Positions 57,880-64,000 of a stretch of DNA of 64,000 nucleotides are shown piece after piece. The notes below the pieces were generated by a model. The model saw nothing but the letters and a program-made list of their open reading frames with translations, had not been told where the DNA came from and did not search any database. Both the position numbers and the translations under genes were made by a program. Numbering within the stretch: position 1 is the stretch's first letter; every line of letters begins with the position of its first letter. This stretch comes from Armatimonadota bacterium (lineage in GTDB: Bacteria > Armatimonadota > UBA10988). Location of the stretch: positions 43,831 to 107,830 of the forward strand of contig JACRKZ010000012.1 of NCBI GenBank assembly GCA_016235455.1, written 5' to 3'.

Positions 57880-58835
57880 AGGTCGGCCAGAACTTCCAAG
57901 CCGTCATTCTGGCCGCCGGGGCGGGCAAACGTCTCCGCCCACTCAGCCTGACCCGCAGCAAGGCGCTGGCCCCACTGTGTGGCAAGCCGATGGTGCAGTG
58001 GGTGCTGGAAAGCCTGCTCGACGCCGGCATCGAAGACGTGGTGGTGGTCGTCGCCGCGCTGGACGACGACGTCGCCTGCTGGTTCCGCGACTGGCCCGGC
58101 CCCGGCCACATCGAGCTGGTCGTGCAGCCCGAGAAGAAGGGCATGGCCAACGCCCTGGCCTGTGCCGCGCCGAAGCTGCACAAGCGTTTCATCATGCACG
58201 CCTGCGACACCATCATCGAGCCGTCCACGGTCGAGATGCTGCTGACCTCGCACCTCGACCGCGGCGCCGCCTGCACGCTGTCGCTGGAGAAAGTGCACAC
58301 CCCCGAGCAGATCCGCCGCACCGGCATCGTCGCCTTCGAAGGCGAGCGCATCACCTGGATCATCGAGAAGCCCGAGCCCGAGGAGGCGCCCAGCGATACC
58401 TCGGCCATCCCGGTCTACCTGTTCGATCCCCAGGTGCTCGACTACCTGCCCGAGGTGCAGCCCTCCAAACGCGGCGAATACGAGATCCAGGACGCCATCA
58501 AGCTGGTCATCACCCGCGATCGTGAGGTCTATGGCCGCATGGTGCCCAACCGCTGGCAGATCACCACCTGCGACGACCTGCTCGCGCTCAACTGCGACTG
58601 GCTGGCGCGCGGCTTCACCCGCACCCACGACCAGGCCACCTGCATCGGTCCCGTGCACATCGGCGACGGCGTGACCTTCGGCCCCGGCTGCACCATCGGC
58701 CCCAACGCCGTCATCGAAGCCGGCGCGGTGCTGGGCGCCGGCGTCACCGTGCGCCACGCCATCCTCCTGCGCGATGCCAGCGTGCCCGACGGCGCGCTGG
58801 TCGAGAACACCGTGCTGGCCGCCGAACCGGCGTAG
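57876..58835 (+). CDS. Sugar-1-phosphate nucleotidyltransferase with short C-terminal LbH
   Basis: AVILAAGAGKRLRPL, SKAL, EKP, PSKRGEYEIQDAI, hexapeptide repeats; ATGA coupling to the kinase. Confidence 0.92.
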   Translation: MKVGQNFQAVILAAGAGKRLRPLSLTRSKALAPLCGKPMVQWVLESLLDAGIEDVVVVVAALDDDVACWFRDWPGPGHIELVVQPEKKGMANALACAAPKLHKRFIMHACDTIIEPSTVEMLLTSHLDRGAACTLSLEKVHTPEQIRRTGIVAFEGERITWIIEKPEPEEAPSDTSAIPVYLFDPQVLDYLPEVQPSKRGEYEIQDAIKLVITRDREVYGRMVPNRWQITTCDDLLALNCDWLARGFTRTHDQATCIGPVHIGDGVTFGPGCTIGPNAVIEAGAVLGAGVTVRHAILLRDASVPDGALVENTVLAAEPA

Positions 58836-58845
58836 CGGAGCGGGA

Positions 58846-59032
58846 TGACGCTTCCACTCCCGACCAGCATCGCCAATGCCGGACCGCCACGCGCCAGCGT
58901 GGCATCGGCCAGAGGCGAAGCCGGCGGCCGACCGGATGGCGTCGCCGTTGGGAAGGTCGGGTCTTCGACCCGATGCCACGCTGGCGCGTGGCGGTCCGGC
59001 ACGGGCAGCGCTGACCCCGACTGGAATCGCCA
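58846..59032 (+). repeat. ~185-bp REPIN/MITE-like structured repeat, copy 3
   Basis: Perfect 32-bp IR (58877-58908 / 58970-59001: TGCCGGACCGCCACGCGCCAGCGTGGCATCGG); outer TGACGCTTCCA...TGGAATCGCCA. Confidence 0.88.
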
Positions 59033-59067
59033 CGCGCCTTCGGGCGCAACAACGAACCCAGCCAGCC

Positions 59068-59096
59068 TTGACGCCTCACCCGCGCGGTAGCATCAT
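59068..59096 (+). promoter_or_regulatory. Candidate sigma70 promoter of metY
   Basis: TTGACG-N17-CATCAT upstream of an AAGGAG RBS. Confidence 0.45.
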
Positions 59097-59139
59097 AGCC
59101 CCTTAAGACGACCAGGAAACAAGACAAGGAGCACTCACG

Positions 59140-60423
<1,284 letters not shown>

Positions 60424-60431
60424 TCTAGCCA

Positions 60432-60514
60432 CCAGGGAGGAGATGCCGCCCACCAGCAGAACGGCTGCCCAGACATCCGAGGGCAACCCATGCTGGCAGG
60501 CATCTCCTCCCTGG
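60432..60514 (+). promoter_or_regulatory. Long hairpin covering the start codon of the downstream GH gene
   Basis: Perfect 16-bp IR CCAGGGAGGAGATGCC / GGCATCTCCTCCCTGG, plus inner CCAGCA/TGCTGG and TGCCC/GGGCA pairs enclosing ATG 60490. Confidence 0.6.
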
Positions 60515-63500
60515 CTTCACTTCTCCTGGCACAGATCTCCGCGCCGGGCGTGCTGACCGAGCAGCCGTTGCGGCAGCACGTGGCGCGGTTCAACGCGCAA
60601 GACAGCGAGCTCTACACCAACGCCGTGCCCAACGCCCAGGCCGCCGACTTCCTGGCCGCCAACGTGCCGCTGTTCGAGTGTCCCGACCCCGAGATTGAGC
60701 GTACCTGGTACTTCCGCTGGTGGACCTATCGCAAGCACCTGCGGCAAACGCCCGACGGCTATGTCGTCACCGAGTTCCTGCCGCCGGTGCCGTGGGCCTC
60801 GAAGCACAACACCATCAGTTGCGCCGCCGGCCACCACCTCTATGAGGGCCGCTGGCTGCGCGATCCGCGCTATCTTGATGACTACACGCGCTTCCTGCTG
60901 CGTGGCAGCGATGGGCTGCACCGCTACAGCCACTGGCTGGGCGACGCCATCTGGGCCCGGCGCTGCGCGGATGGCAACGGCGCGCTGCCCCAGGAACTGC
61001 TGCCCGACCTGACCCGTAACTACCGGGCCTGGGAGAAGGAGCGGCGCGACGGCAACGGCCTGTTCTGGCAGGTAGACGGCGCCGACGGCATGGAAGTCGC
61101 CATCGGCGGCACCGGCTACCGGGCCACGATCAACAGCTACATGTACGCCGATGCACGGGCCATCGCCGCGATCGCGACAGCCGCCGGCCAGGCCGACGTG
61201 GCGCGGCAGTTTGGCGACGAGGCCGCTCGGATCCGGCAGTTGGTGCAGGACAAGCTGTGGGATGCCGAGGCCCAGTTCTTCAAGATGCGCCCGCGCCCGG
61301 CCAAGCCCGGCGACCCCGAGCCGCCGCTGGCCGACGTGCGCGAGCTGTATGGCTACACGCCGTGGTACTTCGACCTGCCGGACGCCAAGTACTCCGTGGC
61401 CTGGCGGCAGCTCATGGACCCCCAGGGCTTCCACGCGCCGTTTGGCCCGACCGCCGCGGAGCAGCGTGACCCGCGCTTCTCCGTGCTCTACCGCGGCCAC
61501 GAGTGCCAGTGGAACGGGCCTAGCTGGCCGTACTCCACGTCCGTGACGCTGGTGGCGCTGGCCAACCTGCTCAATGACTACCAGCAGGAGGTCGTCACGA
61601 AGGCCGACTACTGGGACACGCTGCGCTGCTACACCCGCAGCCATGCCCTGCGTGAACAGCGGCTGGAGGTGGTCGGCGCCGCGGCGCGCAAGCCGCCGCT
61701 CGGACCGCGCTCATCGGCCGACGCCGAGGAGCTGCGGCACACCTGGTGGAGCCCCGAGACGCTCGGGACCACGCAGTGGGTGCAGTACACCTTCGACCAG
61801 CCCCAGAGCGCCGACGCGGCCGAGGTGTACTGGTATGTCGACGGCCAGGGCTGCGCGCTGCCCGAGCGCTGGCGCGTGCAGTACCTGGACGGCGAGACCT
61901 GGCGCGAGGTGGCTGGCGCGACCTACGGGCGAGAGATCGACCGCTACAACCGCGCCGATTTCGGGCCGCGCGCGGCCAAGGCCTTCCGCATCGAGGCCAC
62001 GGCCATCGGCGGCAAGTCGGCCGGCATCCTCGAATGGCGGCTGCTTAACGGCCCGGACAACGTGGCCGGGCGGGCCACGCCAACCGCGTCGTGTGTCGAC
62101 AAGTACCAGGGCCGCATTGCCGGGCTCAACAGCACCGCCACGGCGCGCACACCCGTGCTCACGCCCGGCGAGGTGCCACCGGCCGACGCCGCCCTGCTGG
62201 ACACGCTCGGGCGCCAGCCGTGGATCGATGAGAACCTCAACCCGTATACCGGCGACTGGATCGCCCGCTCGCTGCTGGTGGAGCGCGGACAGCAGCCCCG
62301 GGACCGCGGCAAGGACTACAACCACTCCACCTACTGCGACCTGATCATCACCGGCCTGATCGGCCTGCGTCCGCAGCCGGACGACAGCGTGGTGGTCAAC
62401 CCGCTGGTGCCCGATGGCCAGTGGGACTACTTCTGCCTGGATCGCGTGCCCTACCACGGCCGACTGCTGACCATCCTGTGGGACAAGACCGGCCAACGCT
62501 ATGGCCGCGGCGCTGGCCTGCGCGTCCTCGCCGACGGCCAGGAGATTGCCGTGTCTCCAGACCTGAAGCGCGTTAGCACCAAGCTGCCGGCAGGCGCTGC
62601 GCCAGCGGCGGCAGCCGTGCCACCCTTGGCACCGCCGACGCCTGCGCCGCCGGTGCCGGCCTGGGTCAAGTCGCCGGGCAACCCCGTGCTCGGCGGCGCG
62701 CTAGGCACCTGCTTCGATATCTCCGTGCTTCGCGATGGCGAGCGCTATCGCATGTGGTTCTCCTGGCGACCGCGCAAGAGCATCGCCCTGGTCGAGAGCA
62801 AGGACGGCGTGCACTGGTCGGAGCCGGTCATCGTGCTCGGCCCGAACCCGGCCAGCGGCTGGGAAGAGGATATGAACCGGCCCGTGGTCATCCGGCGCGC
62901 CGACGGCTACCACATGTGGTTCACTGGCCAGGCCAAGGGCGGCTCGCGCATCGGCTATGCCACCAGCGCCGACGGCGTGACCTGGCGACGTGCCACGGAC
63001 AAACCCGTGCTGGCGCCCGAGGCCGCCTGGGAGAAGGTCGCGGTGATGTGCCCGCATGTGCTGTGGGACGAGGCCACGCGACAGTTCCGCATGTGGTATT
63101 CGGGCGGCGACCAGTATGAGCCCGACGCCATCGGCTACGCCACCAGCCCCGACGGCATCGCCTGGACCAGGCTGCCGGCCAACCCCATCTTCGCCGCCGA
63201 CCCTAAGCGTGTCTGGGAGCAGCACAAGGTGACCGCCTGCCAGGTGGTGCGACAGGGCGACTGGCACATCATGTTCTACATCGGGTTCGAGGACGAGCAT
63301 CTGGCGCGCATCGGCATCGCGCGCTCGCGCGACGGCATCACCGGCTGGCAACGGCTGGCCACCAACCCGATCATCGGCCCGACGCCCGACACCTGGGATG
63401 CCAGCGCCTGCTACAAGCCCGTCGCCATCCTCGACGGCACACGCTGGCTGTTGTGGTACAACGGCCGCCGCGAGAGCGTCGAGCAGATCGGCCTGGCGGT

Positions 63501-63534
63501 CCACGAAGGCGCCGACCTGGGCTTTGGCGACTGA
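60490..63534 (+). CDS. Multidomain CAZyme: MGH1/GH63-like domain with inserted F5/8-like module plus C-terminal five-bladed propeller GH-like domain
   Basis: YFRWWTYRKH, CAAGHHLYEGRW, DGME, CQWNGPSWP, YNHSTYCDLII; C-terminal repeats RMWYSG...IGYATSPDGIAW...NPI. Confidence 0.85.
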   Translation: MLAGISSLASLLLAQISAPGVLTEQPLRQHVARFNAQDSELYTNAVPNAQAADFLAANVPLFECPDPEIERTWYFRWWTYRKHLRQTPDGYVVTEFLPPVPWASKHNTISCAAGHHLYEGRWLRDPRYLDDYTRFLLRGSDGLHRYSHWLGDAIWARRCADGNGALPQELLPDLTRNYRAWEKERRDGNGLFWQVDGADGMEVAIGGTGYRATINSYMYADARAIAAIATAAGQADVARQFGDEAARIRQLVQDKLWDAEAQFFKMRPRPAKPGDPEPPLADVRELYGYTPWYFDLPDAKYSVAWRQLMDPQGFHAPFGPTAAEQRDPRFSVLYRGHECQWNGPSWPYSTSVTLVALANLLNDYQQEVVTKADYWDTLRCYTRSHALREQRLEVVGAAARKPPLGPRSSADAEELRHTWWSPETLGTTQWVQYTFDQPQSADAAEVYWYVDGQGCALPERWRVQYLDGETWREVAGATYGREIDRYNRADFGPRAAKAFRIEATAIGGKSAGILEWRLLNGPDNVAGRATPTASCVDKYQGRIAGLNSTATARTPVLTPGEVPPADAALLDTLGRQPWIDENLNPYTGDWIARSLLVERGQQPRDRGKDYNHSTYCDLIITGLIGLRPQPDDSVVVNPLVPDGQWDYFCLDRVPYHGRLLTILWDKTGQRYGRGAGLRVLADGQEIAVSPDLKRVSTKLPAGAAPAAAAVPPLAPPTPAPPVPAWVKSPGNPVLGGALGTCFDISVLRDGERYRMWFSWRPRKSIALVESKDGVHWSEPVIVLGPNPASGWEEDMNRPVVIRRADGYHMWFTGQAKGGSRIGYATSADGVTWRRATDKPVLAPEAAWEKVAVMCPHVLWDEATRQFRMWYSGGDQYEPDAIGYATSPDGIAWTRLPANPIFAADPKRVWEQHKVTACQVVRQGDWHIMFYIGFEDEHLARIGIARSRDGITGWQRLATNPIIGPTPDTWDASACYKPVAILDGTRWLLWYNGRRESVEQIGLAVHEGADLGFGD

Positions 63535-63556
63535 TACCCGCAGCCAGGGCGGATGA

Positions 63557-64000
63557 TCATCTGCCCTGAGCACCCGGCGCGGCCGTTGTCGCCGCGAACC
63601 ATGCGCGTGCCCGGTCTCGTGTCGGGCTGGGCAGCAGCAACCAGCGGTCGGTGTGCGGGTGCAGCGCCAGCGCGTTGGGGAACTCGCCCATGATCGCGTG
63701 CACCGGCACATCGAGGAAGGTGAATGCGTCGAGCGGCACCTGGCTGCTCAACCAGGCCTGCACGTCGGCGGTGCTGTCCTGCTGGCAGACCAGCACCGGC
63801 CGGCCGGCCAAGCGCCGCAGGCGGCTGGCCGCGGCAACTCGGTAGGCAGCCAACGGGCTACCCCAGCCAGACGTGCCCCATTGGCGCACGCCGTCGTAGT
63901 GGTCATGGGTGACGAACCCGCACCACAGGCGCGCGATCTCATCGTCGGCCAGGCCCAGGTAGTTCACGCCAATGGCTCCGCGCGAGAAGCCGCACAGCAC
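63557..64000 (-). CDS. Probable alpha/beta-hydrolase-fold protein, 3' part (runs off window end)
   Basis: LCGFSRGAIG nucleophile-elbow (GxSxG) motif; HDHYDG; HTDRW. Confidence 0.65.
   Translation of the reverse strand: MLCGFSRGAIGVNYLGLADDEIARLWCGFVTHDHYDGVRQWGTSGWGSPLAAYRVAAASRLRRLAGRPVLVCQQDSTADVQAWLSSQVPLDAFTFLDVPVHAIMGEFPNALALHPHTDRWLLLPSPTRDRARAWFAATTAAPGAQGR

Noticed and set aside
18947-59032. CRISPR array interpretation of the repeats
   Set aside because: Repeats are dispersed inverted elements, not regularly spaced direct repeats with unique spacers; no cas genes.
59033-59139. SAM riboswitch upstream of metY
   Set aside because: Leader is short and lacks the SAM-I core (AUC...GAG...GAU); the upstream structure belongs to the repeat family.

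Overview
High-GC bacterial chromosomal window, most likely Armatimonadota. The lineage call is an inference from the DUF1559/prepilin-type gene ([34 protein letters not shown]...H-X9-DG) and the many secreted CAZymes. Contents in order: a truncated ppk2, a HEAT protein, a DUF1559 pilin-like gene, an HD-GYP protein, GH38 and SGNH-GH95 hydrolases, a PAS-HK / REC-degenerate GGDEF / sigma54 activator operon, malQ, a pbpA-rodA pair, tRNA-Lys(UUU), a secreted HET-C-like protein, an operon of HhH-TM protein, HEAT protein and smc, a ~16 kb surface-glycan/LPS cluster ending in a plant-type galacturonokinase plus nucleotidyltransferase, metY and a GH63-like multidomain enzyme. I saw no integrase, transposase, prophage or CRISPR array. 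Most notable: (1) a ~185-bp structured repeat family in three copies with compensatory stem changes, one of which sits between pbpA and rodA inside an 89-codon ORF that keeps their translational coupling; (2) smc downstream of a HEAT-repeat protein and a membrane-anchored HhH protein, with no scpA/scpB nearby; (3) a possible bacterial GalA salvage route. All family assignments come from reading motifs by eye; no database searches were run.
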